NCBI GenBank assembly: GCA_963758915.1
Contig: CAVWXH010000002.1
Location: 64,001 to 128,000 of the forward strand
From: an uncultured Methanomicrobiales archaeon
GTDB lineage: Archaea > Halobacteriota > Methanomicrobia > Methanomicrobiales > Methanospirillaceae
Reading direction: 5' to 3'
Length of the DNA: 64,000 nucleotides
A program made the translations under genes and the position numbers. Below are positions 43,052 through 54,124 of the stretch, piece after piece. The notes beneath the pieces were generated by a model that had not been told where the DNA came from, made no database searches, and worked only from the letters and a program-made list of their open reading frames with translations. Position 1 is the first letter of the stretch. Every line of letters begins with the position of its first letter.

Positions 43052-43669
43052 TTACCCCTTGTTGCAGACCATTGCACTGATATCCGGTGGCAGCATCCCG
43101 TTTGCACAGAGGTTATGCAGAATGGCATCTGAGGCAAGTGCAATACCAAAACACCCGATAAGGGCCCCGGATAACACCGCCAGGAATATTAAGTAATTAT
43201 TCATGCCCAGAAGCTTGCCGGCAATAGAACCGCGAACCCCCCCGCTCCCCAACACCGGGACCATTACCATGAGTAAAACAGCAGCAAAGTTCAGCCCGAC
43301 GAGCCATTTGTGGACTGCAAAAAAAGTCCTGGTTTTTTCTGTTATCTTCGTGAGCAGATTACCGAGATAGGGAATTTTGTATGCCAGGTCGAAATTGAGT
43401 ATCATGAACAGGCAGGTCTCGATATCGATCATGGCAATCGAGACCGCCATGTACCACCACGGGATCCCGAGTGCAATCCCGATTGGAATTACTGATTCTT
43501 TCCCCGCGGGAGGGAGGATATAGGCGACCATGAGCCCGATCATAATAAGAAACAGGGTGTACGGCAGCGTGACGTACATAATCACTACCTGGACTGCTAC
43601 GATAAGAAAAGGAATGAGGAGTGCTACCACCCGGTATGGTATACCCCCTAGTGATGGTGGCGGGTCCAT
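43052..43669 (-). CDS. Small multidrug export-type membrane protein
   Basis: PPAGKESVIP.GIALG and V..P..GSG...GS..G.LLG motifs. Confidence 0.75.
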   Translation of the reverse strand: MDPPPSLGGIPYRVVALLIPFLIVAVQVVIMYVTLPYTLFLIMIGLMVAYILPPAGKESVIPIGIALGIPWWYMAVSIAMIDIETCLFMILNFDLAYKIPYLGNLLTKITEKTRTFFAVHKWLVGLNFAAVLLMVMVPVLGSGGVRGSIAGKLLGMNNYLIFLAVLSGALIGCFGIALASDAILHNLCANGMLPPDISAMVCNKG

Positions 43670-43726
43670 AATATTCCAGATAACGATGGTTTTCTCAATT
43701 GATATGCAAATCTGTCCAAAAATTCG

Positions 43727-44614
43727 CTACGGGTTCTGCACGGGTCTCACAACCAGGACCGGGCGGTCTGCCCTCCTGATAACCGCATAGGTCGTACCCC
43801 CGACAAACAATTCCTTAAGTCCGCTGAGCCAGCCCTCCCCGAGCGGGCTCATCGCGATGAGTGTAGCCTGCTCCTGCCCGGCAAGGAGGTTGATTTCGTC
43901 AGGAGGATACCCGACGCGGATATGTTCCTTCACCGTAAACCCGGACTGAACCAGTTCGTCCCGGATCCTCCCGAGCTTCGTTGTTGCCCCTTTTATGTAT
44001 TCAGGGAGTCTTGAATCGTTTTTTTCTGTGTGGATCACGTGCAACAGGATAATCTCGTGGGTTCCCTGCATGGACTTCACAAACCGGACTACCATTTCCG
44101 CAGGAGCCGAGAAGTCAGTAGGTACCAGGACCTTTGAGAAAACCGGCGGAGATGTAGTCACCGCTGCAGGGGCAACCGTGCAATCGGCGGGTGCAGATTT
44201 TACCAGGAGGAGGGGGATTGTTGCATGGTGCAGCACATAGGTGGACACACTGCCGAGAAACAGGTCATGAAGGCTTTTTCCCCTGGCGCCCATGATAATC
44301 AGGGAAACGCGCTCTTTTTCAGCTATGTCCAGGATCCTTGAGGCGATAGCTCCCTGGCTTTTCGAATGTTCAATTACCTCCACATCGGTCTGTACCGTTA
44401 ATCCCAGATTCCCGAGGATTTTTTTATATTCTGCCAGGAGAAATTCCACGGGTTCGATCCCCGGACCCGGACCCTCTCCGGTTTTTGATGAACTGGAAGT
44501 GTCCATAACATGCAGTACCACCACTTCCTCTATACCCTGAATTTCTGCGATGCACTCAGTAATTTTTTGCGAGTGAGTGGAGAAATCAGTGGGAAATAGG
44601 ACTTTTTTATACAT
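43727..44614 (-). CDS. Universal stress protein (two USP domains)
   Basis: KVLFPTDFS...IMGARG...LGSVS and KVLVPTDFS...PVLVV. Confidence 0.92.
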   Translation of the reverse strand: MYKKVLFPTDFSTHSQKITECIAEIQGIEEVVVLHVMDTSSSSKTGEGPGPGIEPVEFLLAEYKKILGNLGLTVQTDVEVIEHSKSQGAIASRILDIAEKERVSLIIMGARGKSLHDLFLGSVSTYVLHHATIPLLLVKSAPADCTVAPAAVTTSPPVFSKVLVPTDFSAPAEMVVRFVKSMQGTHEIILLHVIHTEKNDSRLPEYIKGATTKLGRIRDELVQSGFTVKEHIRVGYPPDEINLLAGQEQATLIAMSPLGEGWLSGLKELFVGGTTYAVIRRADRPVLVVRPVQNP

Positions 44615-45003
44615 CTTACCCGACCTGTATTGTACTAGGGCAGGAACTTTAAAAAGTCCCGCTCATGACCCGGTGTGCTGCCCCTGGAAAGGGCGTGGAA
44701 AAACCAGGTTATCTCTCTTCGAAAATAAAAAATATTCATCATGAGGCCCTGTTACACGACAATCAGGTGACGGGCAGAGGTGAGGGCCTGATACCAGGGC
44801 CTCTGCTACTCCGGCACCACGGTGGTTAACCATCACGCAGTTTGTTTTTCACCATTCCCTGTATCGATTTCCTGTCCCGGCCGACGTAGTGTTGGCCAGG
44901 TGCCCGGGACAAATATCCGGATGCCGAAGTCTATCCGGAATACCCTGCCGGTGTAATAATCAGGCACCATATGAAGGTAGCAGGGATAATAAACTGGTAT
45001 TTG

Positions 45004-45255
45004 GGCTTTGTTCTAAACCCTGCGTGGTTAGAAAAAGGAAGCGGAAATGGGAAAGACAGGCGGGGTTTCACCCACCCCTGTCCCATCCCCGGCACGATGT
45101 CCTTTGGTCAGTGTTTCCAGATCTCTTCGTTTCAGAGAACAGGGAGTAGTCTCTATCCCAACCGGGCCGCCACAGCGGCTGGGCTGAGCCCCGGGAGGGG
45201 GGTAAATCCGGGAATACCCATAACCGGATAGATTTAAGAGCATGTCGAGAGAGCC
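45004..45255 (+). mobile_element. Full-length diverged MITE copy
   Basis: GGCTTTGTTCTAAACCC ... GACAGGCGGGGTTTCACCC ... CTCTATCCCAACCGGGCCGCCACAGCGG ... TCGAGAGAGCC; no clear target duplication. Confidence 0.8.
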
Positions 45256-45258
45256 TGA

Positions 45259-46011
45259 TTATGAGTCCTGCCGGAAAACGACAGAGGCTGAATCATCAAA
45301 CGGGTTCGTCCGCATTGCAAGCGAGAACAGGTATGGGTAATGGTCTTTCAGGTACTCCATGTATTTCAGCCATTCAAGGACCAGCAGCGAATACGCACGA
45401 CAGATATCGTTCGCAAGGTGTGCCTGGTCGGCCCGGGGTAACGAGGAGAGATCACCTCTCGCCTTCATCTCTTCAGTCAGGTGGTTGATCGCGAGAGTGA
45501 GGTCGGTAAACGATTCATGTTCAAAAATGACCGGGTTTTCGACAAGCCTGAGCAAAAAGTCCTCCTGGCTGATAAGGTACTCACGCAGGGCAGCCGTATC
45601 GATCCGGTCGATCATGATACTGCAGGAATAGGAGCTGAGGAAGGCCTGCACATCCCGGAACATATCATTACGCCATTCATCCCCGATAACAAGACGTTGT
45701 TTCACCTTTTCTATGGCGGGATCAGCCCTGGTAAGCTGTGCGAGGAGGGGTGTTCCGAACCGGGAGAAGAAGACCCCGATGACCATGTTCAGCTTCTCCA
45801 AACGGCGCTGTTTCTCACGTGATTCGAGCATCTGATCAATAATCAGGGTGATAATGAGTACCTCTACCGGAATGAACGCAAGGTCACCGATAAAAAAAAT
45901 GAACAGGTGATGTGCGTCCTGGAAGACGAAGTAATGGGCCGTTAACATGGCAAGCGTCAGGGTTACCAGCAGTACACCTGCGACAAGTTTCCACCGGGTA
46001 TCTTCTTTCAT
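45259..46011 (-). CDS. Conserved hypothetical membrane protein
   Basis: Two N-terminal TMs; DLAFIP.EV, KLNMVIG.FFS, LLENP-like, YPYLFSLA.RTNPF. Confidence 0.75.
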   Translation of the reverse strand: MKEDTRWKLVAGVLLVTLTLAMLTAHYFVFQDAHHLFIFFIGDLAFIPVEVLIITLIIDQMLESREKQRRLEKLNMVIGVFFSRFGTPLLAQLTRADPAIEKVKQRLVIGDEWRNDMFRDVQAFLSSYSCSIMIDRIDTAALREYLISQEDFLLRLVENPVIFEHESFTDLTLAINHLTEEMKARGDLSSLPRADQAHLANDICRAYSLLVLEWLKYMEYLKDHYPYLFSLAMRTNPFDDSASVVFRQDS

Positions 46012-46188
46012 ACAGGTACAACTGGGATGCAGGGAACGATAAAAAATTCCTTACCCGGGAACTACCCCCGGGGAGATCCGGATGGCGATTGTGCTACTAT
46101 AATTGCAGGCAGCAGGGTATGATCTGCAGGAACATGCTATCAGTTTTAATGTCCAAAACCGAATGATCACAATCAAGGAAAATAACGT

Positions 46189-46476
46189 ATGGGCATCTTC
46201 CGGTTCGAGAACAAATATGCTGCACCGAGCAGGGAACAGCGGGAACGATATATGAAAGGGGAGACCGAGGAACACCTCTTTGGTCCTGATAACCAGATCC
46301 TGCTCATCGTTTACGACGAGGCTGCATACCTGAAGGATGATATCGACGGGGTACGGATCCTCTTTACCGGGGCACAGGACAAGCAGAAGGTGTATGACGA
46401 AGTGAGAAGGCTGCTTGAGTACCACCAGCAGCCTGATCTGAATAAGGATGCATTTAAGACCGGGAATGAAGTCTGA
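46189..46476 (+). CDS. Hypothetical protein
   Basis: 95-aa ORF (MGIFRFENKYAAP...AAYLKDD..GVRILFTG) with protein-like composition. Confidence 0.65.
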   Translation: MGIFRFENKYAAPSREQRERYMKGETEEHLFGPDNQILLIVYDEAAYLKDDIDGVRILFTGAQDKQKVYDEVRRLLEYHQQPDLNKDAFKTGNEV

Positions 46477-46489
46477 TACACCTCCACTC

Positions 46490-46790
46490 CACGGATATCA
46501 CCAACCTTACGTATTGCCACCCGGACTATTACTAAACCAGTGAACAAACCTCCTTCCCGCCGGGCCGGGAATGCGGAGCCGTCACTTCCGTTTGAGCGTG
46601 GGCGTGCTGCACCATGTATTTCACTGGTTCAACACATTCACGAAATACCGCTCCCATGGTTCGAAATCATTTTTGAAGATGAATTGCCTGAACCGTGCGT
46701 TAACGAGATTGCCACGTCCAATTCCAGTATGCGTTGCACAGGTGAGTTTCACATGATTGATCAGCGCCTTATTACGGCGAGAGATTGTGC
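46490..46790 (-). pseudogene. Eroded PAS-domain fragment
   Basis: KALINHVKLTCATHTGIGRGNLVNARFRQFIF...NQ* then, after a shift, LKRSDGSAFPAR (PAC-like); contains stops and a frameshift. Confidence 0.5.
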
Positions 46791-46911
46791 CGGTGAATCA
46801 GCAGGAAACCCATATTTTCCGAACCATAACCGGGTGTGAATAACCCGGGTGTCAGCCGCCACCATAACAATTATATAATCCGGGGGAACATTGGAAAACC
46901 GGTAGCCGAAC

Positions 46912-47325
46912 ATGACACTGAAGGATAATATTTCAGAGGTAATAGCCGGCCAGCACGTGGCCGCTCTTGCGACCCTCTCCGAAGGAAAACCTGAAGTACG
47001 GTTCGTTGTGCTTCTAGGGCAGCCGGACCTGACCCTTGTAGGGGCAACAATGAAAGCCAGCCGGAAAGTCCGGCAGATACAGGAAAACCCGGTTGTGGGA
47101 ATATCGGTCTGGTCTGGAAAGGAGTATTCAGACCCTTACATTGTGTTCCGTGGCAGGGCCGAAATTCATGAGGACCTGCAGACGAAAAAAAAGTACTGGA
47201 ACCCCATGTATGAGCAGTACTTTAAAACGGTGGATAACCCTGATTACGTTGTGATGTTGTTTGTCCCGGGCGAAATTGAGTATATTGCCCCGGGCAGCAT
47301 GCAACCGGAAGTCTGGAAACCCTGA
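46912..47325 (+). CDS. Pyridoxamine 5'-phosphate oxidase-like / general stress protein
   Basis: LAT..EGKP.VR, T...SRKV.QI..NP.V, YF..DNP.Y. Confidence 0.85.
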   Translation: MTLKDNISEVIAGQHVAALATLSEGKPEVRFVVLLGQPDLTLVGATMKASRKVRQIQENPVVGISVWSGKEYSDPYIVFRGRAEIHEDLQTKKKYWNPMYEQYFKTVDNPDYVVMLFVPGEIEYIAPGSMQPEVWKP

Positions 47326-47503
47326 CATTAGTTTCCCGCCTGGTTATTTTTTGCGCCGTTTTGTATTGTCACGGTTTTATATGGGAAGTGTTGCCGGGAA
47401 TTCCTGCAACTGGCGGGATAGAGAGGATATCTGCCTGTTGTCGAAATGTGTTGCCCGGAACGATGGAAAAGGATATGTAGCGCCATACGAATAATTTGAT
47501 TAA

Positions 47504-50500
47504 ATGGCTGATATTCTCCGGGTCCTCTGTGTTGATGACGAACCCAACATCCTTGATCTGTGTAAAATCTACCTTGAAAGGACCGGAGAATTCAGCGTAG
47601 ATATTGTCCTGTCAGGGGAGGAGGCACTTACACAACTGGGCAAAAAACAGTACGATGCGATCGTTTCCGATTACCAGATGCCGGAGATGGATGGTATCAG
47701 CCTGTTAAAACAGGTGCGGGCAACCCAGGTGGATATTTCATTCATCCTCTTTACCGGAAGAGGCCGCGAGGAAATTGTTATAGAGGCCATTAACAACGGG
47801 GTGGATTTCTATCTCCAGAAGGGCGGGGATCCCAGGTCGCAGTTCACCGAGCTTGCGCACAAAATCGTTTCAGCGGCAACAGGCAGACGTTCAGAACAGG
47901 CATTCCGGGAGAGCGAGGAGAAATTTCGGTATCTTGTCGAGAATGCCCTTGAACCTATTCTGATCCTCGATTTCCAGGGAAAGATCCTATTTGCCAACAA
48001 CGGAGTTGCGAAACTGATTGAAGTCAGTGATTACGCTGGCCTTATCGGCAGAAATGTGATGGAATTCATCGCTCAGGAGTCGCGGGAGGATGTCATCAGG
48101 GACTTTATCCAGGTATATCAGGGTCACGACGGGTTTCTTTCACACTACCATGTAATGGTAGGAAACGGAAAAAAAATCTACGTAGAATCTATTGGCAAAG
48201 TGGTAACATATGAAGGCAAACCCGCAGATCTCATCTCTATAAGGGACATCACCGAACGTAAGCGGGCTGATGATGCATTACTGGAGAGTGAGCAGAAATT
48301 CCGGGAAACAACGAACCATATCCCCGGGGTTGTCTTCCAGTTCGTTGCAAAACCTGACGGATCCCTCCGGTTGCCCTATGTAAGTGACAGGATAAAGGAT
48401 ATTTTAGGAATTGAAGATACCAGGGGCGATTTATTCCAATCCCTCACTTCGCGAATCCACCCCGATGATAAGGCCGGCTTCTTCGCATCTGTGGATGAAT
48501 CTGTACGGTCCGGGGGCCCGTGGCGGGCTGAAGCAAGGTTCATCAAACCCTCGGGTGAGACGATATGGCTCCAGGGGATGTCCAGCCCGGTGGAACATGA
48601 TGACGGACTCGTATTTTACGGGGTGCTCACCGATATATCTGATCGTAAACAGGCAGAGGAAGCACAGCGGCAGATCTTTGAGAACAATGCGCTGGGTATG
48701 ACGCTTGCTCTGCCGGATTTTCGGTTCCACCTCGTCAATCCGGCGTTTGTGTCGATGCTTGGGTACTCAGAAGAGGAATTCCGGAAGATGTCCTTTAAGG
48801 ATGTCACCCATCCTGATTATCTCACCGGGGATATTGAGGGTGTCAGGGCGCTAGCGGAAGGTAGTATTCCTGTTTACAGCACGGAAAAACGCTATATCAG
48901 GAAAGACGGGAGTACCCTCTGGGGGGCCCTTACGGTGACAACGATTCGAAACCATGACGGTACCCTGCGCTACTACCTCGCACAGATCGAGGATATCACG
49001 CAACGTAAGAGGGCAGCCGAACTGGTGAATGAGTCGGAAAATAAATTTGCCTCTGTCTTCAACGGGAGCCCGGTTGCACTTACTCTCGTGTCGGCAATAG
49101 ACGGGACTTTCGTTGATGTCAATGATGCCTTTGTAAGATCCACCGGGTATACCCGGGAGGAAGTGATTGGTACGACATCAGAGGCCCTGGGAATTTTCGC
49201 CGATTTAAATGAACGTCGGCGCCTGGGCTCCTCCATCCGGGAACATCGCATCGTTGAGGATATGGAAATAAGCATCCGGGTAAAAACCGGGGAAATCCGG
49301 CCCTGCCTGTTTTCAACCGGTATCATCCTGATTGGCGGGAAACCTTATATCTTGTCCACGGTCAGGGACAACCTTGCTCGTAAACAGGCGGAAGAAGCAT
49401 TAAGGGAGAGCGAAGAGAAATTCCGGGAAATTTTCAATTCAGCAACTGACGGGTTTCACCTGCATGAAATCAATGAAAATTTTGTGCCGGGTAAGTACGT
49501 CGATGTCAATGAGGTTGTATGCAGGTCACTCCAGTATTCCAAGCAGGAACTCCTGGAAAAAGGCCCCAGGGATATATCTACAGAATACCACAATCCTGCT
49601 GAAGAACAAATCGGGAAAGAACTCAGGGAAAAAGGCCATTCGGTATTTGAGACCGGGCATATCAGAAAAGACGGGACGGTTATCCCTGTTGAAATAACTG
49701 CGCACGTTATCACAATCCGGGGAAAAAAATTAGTCCTTTCAATAGCCAGGGACATCACCGAGCGCAGGAATACCGAGATTGGATTCCGGACCATGGTCAC
49801 AAGCATGGTGGGCACTACAGGGATGGATTCGCTCCGGAAGATTACGGAAAATATCAGTTCATGGCTCGGGGCCGACTGCGTCATGATTGGGGAGATCCAG
49901 CCGGACGGGCAGACGGTCCTGGTCCTCTCCATGCTCCTTGACGGAAAGGAGATACCCGATTATTCCTATACCCTCAAGGGGACTCCCTGCGACCATGTTG
50001 CAGAAAAGGGGTTCTGTATGTATCCTGATAACGCCATCCAGCTCTTCCCGGAGAGCAGGGACCTCGTTGAACTAAACATAAAGGGATATATCGGCACCCC
50101 CCTGAAGAGTTCCGAAGGGCAGGTACTGGGAGTTCTCTGTGCGTTATTCCGGAATCCTGTTGTAAAACCACCCGGAATGCAGGAGATCATGAATATTATC
50201 GCGGTGAAAGCTGCCGCAGAGATAGAGGGTATGCGGATGATGGCGGCTCTCCGGCAAAGCGAAGAAGACCTTGCCCAGGTAATGAATGGAGTTCCGACCC
50301 TTATTTCCTATATGGATACGGAATTGCGTTTTATTTCAATAAATAAAGCTCACCTGGAGTGGTATGGGCGTACCGAGCAAGAACTGATTGGAAAGAGCCT
50401 CAAAGACCTTCTGCCTGACGATGTTTTTCAAAGGGCGTTGCCATATTACCAGCAGGTACTTGGTGGACGTGAAGTAACTTTTGAAAATCCTACAAGGGAC

Positions 50501-51280
50501 AAGGATGGCCGAAAACGAATATTATTAGTAAGAATGCTGCCGCACCTTCATGGTGAGCAGGTCGTCGGTATTTTCGCAGCAATTGACGATATCACTGAAC
50601 TCAAACGGGCGGAAGAAGCGGTCCGCCTGGCAAACCGGAAGCTTCACCTACTCTCCAGCCTCACCCGCCACGACATCAACAACCAGCTGACGGTGCTGCT
50701 GGGTTACCTCGATATATTGAATGACAGCGAGTTGGAACCTTCACAAAAAGAGTATTTCCAGAAGGTGGACACCGCTGCACAGCGGATCTCCTCCATGATC
50801 CGGTTCACCCAGGAATACGAGGAGATCGGTGTCCATGCCCCTGCCTGGCAGGAACTACACGGACTCATCGATACTGAGGCGATGGATACCCCTCTTGGAA
50901 CGATCATGGTGAAGAACGATCTCCCGGCCGGTACGGAAGTGAACGCCGACCCACTGATTTCAAAGGTCTTTTACAACCTGATGGACAATGCAGTGCGGTA
51001 CGGAGGGAAGATCACGAACATCCGGTTCTCTGCTGATGAACACAATAGCGACTATATCATTGTGTGCGAGGATGATGGCGAGGGTATCCCTGCAGCTGAG
51101 AAGGAGAAGATCTTCGAGAGGGGATTTGGGAGGAACACCGGTATGGGTTTGTTCCTTTCCCGCGAGATCCTTTCAATCACCGGCATAATGATCCGGGAAA
51201 CTGGCGAACCCGGTAAGGGGGCACGGTTTGAGATGACGGTGCCGAAGGGGATGTGGCGGATAAAAGAGGATGGTGAATAA
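47504..51280 (+). CDS. Hybrid sensor kinase REC-5xPAS-GAF-PAS-HisKA-HATPase
   Basis: VDDEP, VSDYQMP, repeated DITERK linkers, GAF (GTPC...YIGTPL), TRHDINNQL, EDDGEG, GMGLF. Confidence 0.93.
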   Translation: MADILRVLCVDDEPNILDLCKIYLERTGEFSVDIVLSGEEALTQLGKKQYDAIVSDYQMPEMDGISLLKQVRATQVDISFILFTGRGREEIVIEAINNGVDFYLQKGGDPRSQFTELAHKIVSAATGRRSEQAFRESEEKFRYLVENALEPILILDFQGKILFANNGVAKLIEVSDYAGLIGRNVMEFIAQESREDVIRDFIQVYQGHDGFLSHYHVMVGNGKKIYVESIGKVVTYEGKPADLISIRDITERKRADDALLESEQKFRETTNHIPGVVFQFVAKPDGSLRLPYVSDRIKDILGIEDTRGDLFQSLTSRIHPDDKAGFFASVDESVRSGGPWRAEARFIKPSGETIWLQGMSSPVEHDDGLVFYGVLTDISDRKQAEEAQRQIFENNALGMTLALPDFRFHLVNPAFVSMLGYSEEEFRKMSFKDVTHPDYLTGDIEGVRALAEGSIPVYSTEKRYIRKDGSTLWGALTVTTIRNHDGTLRYYLAQIEDITQRKRAAELVNESENKFASVFNGSPVALTLVSAIDGTFVDVNDAFVRSTGYTREEVIGTTSEALGIFADLNERRRLGSSIREHRIVEDMEISIRVKTGEIRPCLFSTGIILIGGKPYILSTVRDNLARKQAEEALRESEEKFREIFNSATDGFHLHEINENFVPGKYVDVNEVVCRSLQYSKQELLEKGPRDISTEYHNPAEEQIGKELREKGHSVFETGHIRKDGTVIPVEITAHVITIRGKKLVLSIARDITERRNTEIGFRTMVTSMVGTTGMDSLRKITENISSWLGADCVMIGEIQPDGQTVLVLSMLLDGKEIPDYSYTLKGTPCDHVAEKGFCMYPDNAIQLFPESRDLVELNIKGYIGTPLKSSEGQVLGVLCALFRNPVVKPPGMQEIMNIIAVKAAAEIEGMRMMAALRQSEEDLAQVMNGVPTLISYMDTELRFISINKAHLEWYGRTEQELIGKSLKDLLPDDVFQRALPYYQQVLGGREVTFENPTRDKDGRKRILLVRMLPHLHGEQVVGIFAAIDDITELKRAEEAVRLANRKLHLLSSLTRHDINNQLTVLLGYLDILNDSELEPSQKEYFQKVDTAAQRISSMIRFTQEYEEIGVHAPAWQELHGLIDTEAMDTPLGTIMVKNDLPAGTEVNADPLISKVFYNLMDNAVRYGGKITNIRFSADEHNSDYIIVCEDDGEGIPAAEKEKIFERGFGRNTGMGLFLSREILSITGIMIRETGEPGKGARFEMTVPKGMWRIKEDGE

Positions 51281-51403
51281 ATGGCTGTCCCAATCCGGAC
51301 CTTCTGGTTCGACGACGAACCCGGCCTTCTTGATTTTTTTACCCCGCCAACGCCTCTTGTCCCACCCGGGACGAGGATAGAAAACAAATGCCAGGTTTCG
51401 TAA
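51281..51403 (+). pseudogene. N-terminal remnant of another receiver-domain gene
   Basis: MAVPIRTFWFDDEPGLLDFF... begins directly after the kinase stop and then degenerates. Confidence 0.45.
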
Positions 51404-51539
51404 AGGAAATGTAACAGCTGACCTGTTGAATGGAACCGCAAAAAAAATGGTACACGGTGGATTGTACAGGGACACCTGACATAACCCGGGGTCCTGGAGG
51501 CTATAATAAGCAGGGGAATTAAACCTGATTGTCATACCT

Positions 51540-52451
51540 ATGTCCCAAATCCACCTTGCCCCGGTCCCTCCCTACGATTTTGACCTGAGTGCCCGGATTT
51601 TTTCAAGGGGTGATCCGGCTATCAGGATATACGATAACGGGGTGTACCGCCACGCACTCGATATCCAGGGCAGTCCTACTCTTATTGAAGTCCGTTCGAT
51701 TGGGACACCTGACAACCCCCGGCTGGAAGTCACCGCTACCCCGGGAGGGAGGGTCCTGGCGGAAGATTCGGTTATCCAGGGTATCGTTGCATCAATGTTC
51801 AATATTTACGATGACCTGGCCCCGTTTTACCACGCGGTCAGGGAAGACCCGGTGATGGCTGACCTCACCCGCCGGTTTCATGGCCTGAAGTCCCCGACCA
51901 CGCCGACATTGTTTGAGGCACTTGTTGACTCGATCATCGAGCAGCAGATCTCGCTGAACGTGGCACGCAGCCTCCAGGTCCGGCTGATAAAAAAGACCGG
52001 AAAACGGCTTAAAACCGGAACGACCGAATATTTTTGTTACCCGTCTCCAGAGGCCCTGGCAGGGGTCCCGGTGACGTTGTTCCGTGAATGCGGGATGACT
52101 GTACGGAAAGGCGAATATATACGGGAACTATCCGCCTCCATTGTCTCCGGTGATCTCGACCTTGATACATTCAGGGGATACGAGGATACCGGCAGGATTA
52201 TCCGTGAATTGATGGAAATCCGTGGTATCGGCAAATGGACCGCGGAACTCACGATTATCCGGGGGATCCACCGGCTTGATGCGTTCCCGGCAGATGACGT
52301 GGGATTGCAGAGGATCCTCTCCCGGTTTTACCGGGACGGGAAAAAAGTCACCAGCGAGGAGGCCCGCCTGATTGCAGCCGGTTGGGGTGCCTGGCAGGGC
52401 CTTGCAGCGTTTTACCTCGACCTGGCTGAGTACCTCGGGCTGGTCCCCTGA
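51540..52451 (+). CDS. alkA: DNA-3-methyladenine glycosylase II (AlkA/HhH-GPD)
   Basis: FEALVDSIIEQQIS, IRGIGKWTAE HhH motif, FPADDVG. Confidence 0.88.
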   Translation: MSQIHLAPVPPYDFDLSARIFSRGDPAIRIYDNGVYRHALDIQGSPTLIEVRSIGTPDNPRLEVTATPGGRVLAEDSVIQGIVASMFNIYDDLAPFYHAVREDPVMADLTRRFHGLKSPTTPTLFEALVDSIIEQQISLNVARSLQVRLIKKTGKRLKTGTTEYFCYPSPEALAGVPVTLFRECGMTVRKGEYIRELSASIVSGDLDLDTFRGYEDTGRIIRELMEIRGIGKWTAELTIIRGIHRLDAFPADDVGLQRILSRFYRDGKKVTSEEARLIAAGWGAWQGLAAFYLDLAEYLGLVP

Positions 52452-52718
52452 CCATATCACTGCCTCGTTTCCGGGCAACCAGGAGGCTTCCTGTCCGTCC
52501 ATTAACCCGGTCTTCCCGGTCACCCCTTCTTACTGACCTGCCAGGTAACAACAACGTGGAACAAAAGGTGGCAGCAGAACCTGTACCAGGATATGGTCTC
52601 CCCAAATGATGCGCATGCAATGGTCGCCTGCGATATCGGGCCTTTTATTTTTGAGTAACGGTGAGGTGGCTGTATAATAAACATATTAAAACATCATGTC
52701 GAATATAGTTGACAAATA

Positions 52719-53879
52719 GTGCTGCAGGGGTTGCTTATAATACTACCAAAATATACCTCCGTCATATTGTTTCTGGCGCTCATGGTAGCTGGTGCCTCAG
52801 CGTACGAGATCGTGATTGATGCCCCGACATCAATCCAGGCGGGAGCCCCCCTTGTCGTAAACGGGACAACGAACCTGGCAGACGGTGTGGGCATCAGCAT
52901 TGCACTGTCAAATGCTGACTACACTACCCTCGAAATTGAAAAGAAGGACCTTGTTGTGCAGCGTAGTGATGAAAATAAGTCATTTTCAGTGGTCTTTAAT
53001 ACGACCGGTCTGAAAAAGGGGCAGTACAAGGTCGAAGTATTACCAGTACAGGACTTTTCGCTCCTTGGCAGTTCAGTCACCATCCGCCCGGTGACCCTTG
53101 TTGACCGCTCGGATGAACTGGTCATCATCCCCCCGCTCAGTAAAGAATACGATGGCTCGCTAACCATTGCAGGAAATGGCCCCCGGATGATAAATTCCGG
53201 CATGGAGGTCGTGGTGACCAGTTCAAACGGGACCTTGCTGTTTGGTCCGGAATTTATCGGAACCGACTACATGGGGTACTTTTCAAAGACCTTTACGATC
53301 CCTGAACCGGGAAACTACATGGTGAATTTCTCTGATGCCCGTGGATTTATTGGTAATATTACCTATACCATAACAACACCAAGGGAACCACTGCCTGCGC
53401 TGGTCCTGCCGGAAGTAATTGGTACTCCGGCCGCCCCTCAATCGCCCTCAGTATCTGCCAGGGCATTGGCAAGCCGGGATGTACCGGCATACTTTGCAGT
53501 CATTGCCAACCCCGGACCGGTCCGGGTCTATACTTCAACAGGCACTGACTGGGTCCTTGAGTACCTCGACCGGGCTGGCACAGCTCACCGGGTCCACGAG
53601 GCAGGCTCGCAGTACCCCGAATCGGTGACATTCCAGAGCGACGGAAATACGACCTGGGTGAAGGTCTACCCTTCCAAGTACGAGGACAACAGCATTGTCA
53701 TGCTCTATGCAGAGGGTGCACTGGATATACAGGTGGCGGAGAAAGGTGTGAATTTCTTCCCCTCAACGAATCCTGGGACTTCTGTACCTGTTGGTATCCA
53801 GACATCCCCGTTACCATGGATGTTGTTCATCGGGGCAACGGGGATTGGGATACTCGTTATGCTGCGGAAAAGGGAATAA
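52719..53879 (+). CDS. Cell-surface protein with signal peptide and C-terminal sorting/TM tail
   Basis: ...MVAGASA signal; beta-rich Ig-like body; TSPLPWMLFIGATGIGILVMLRKRE tail. Confidence 0.75.
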   Translation: MLQGLLIILPKYTSVILFLALMVAGASAYEIVIDAPTSIQAGAPLVVNGTTNLADGVGISIALSNADYTTLEIEKKDLVVQRSDENKSFSVVFNTTGLKKGQYKVEVLPVQDFSLLGSSVTIRPVTLVDRSDELVIIPPLSKEYDGSLTIAGNGPRMINSGMEVVVTSSNGTLLFGPEFIGTDYMGYFSKTFTIPEPGNYMVNFSDARGFIGNITYTITTPREPLPALVLPEVIGTPAAPQSPSVSARALASRDVPAYFAVIANPGPVRVYTSTGTDWVLEYLDRAGTAHRVHEAGSQYPESVTFQSDGNTTWVKVYPSKYEDNSIVMLYAEGALDIQVAEKGVNFFPSTNPGTSVPVGIQTSPLPWMLFIGATGIGILVMLRKRE

Positions 53880-54124
53880 GTAACACCGCCTGGTACCAGG
53901 ACGGGCTGCCAGGACCGATTTTCAGGCCTTTTTCCTGTCCGGATGCTCTCCCCGGCCCCGGGGCAGTTCCCGGGTTCACTTCAGCATAACGTTCTTTTCC
54001 GACTTTGAACCCCTCTTTCACATGTCCCGGATCTGAAGGATGAGTGTGGTAGCCACCATTGAAAATAATGGTATAAGGCCCCGCCTTTCATCCTCCGGGA
54101 TCAAACATTCTCCCTTGATGTTAA

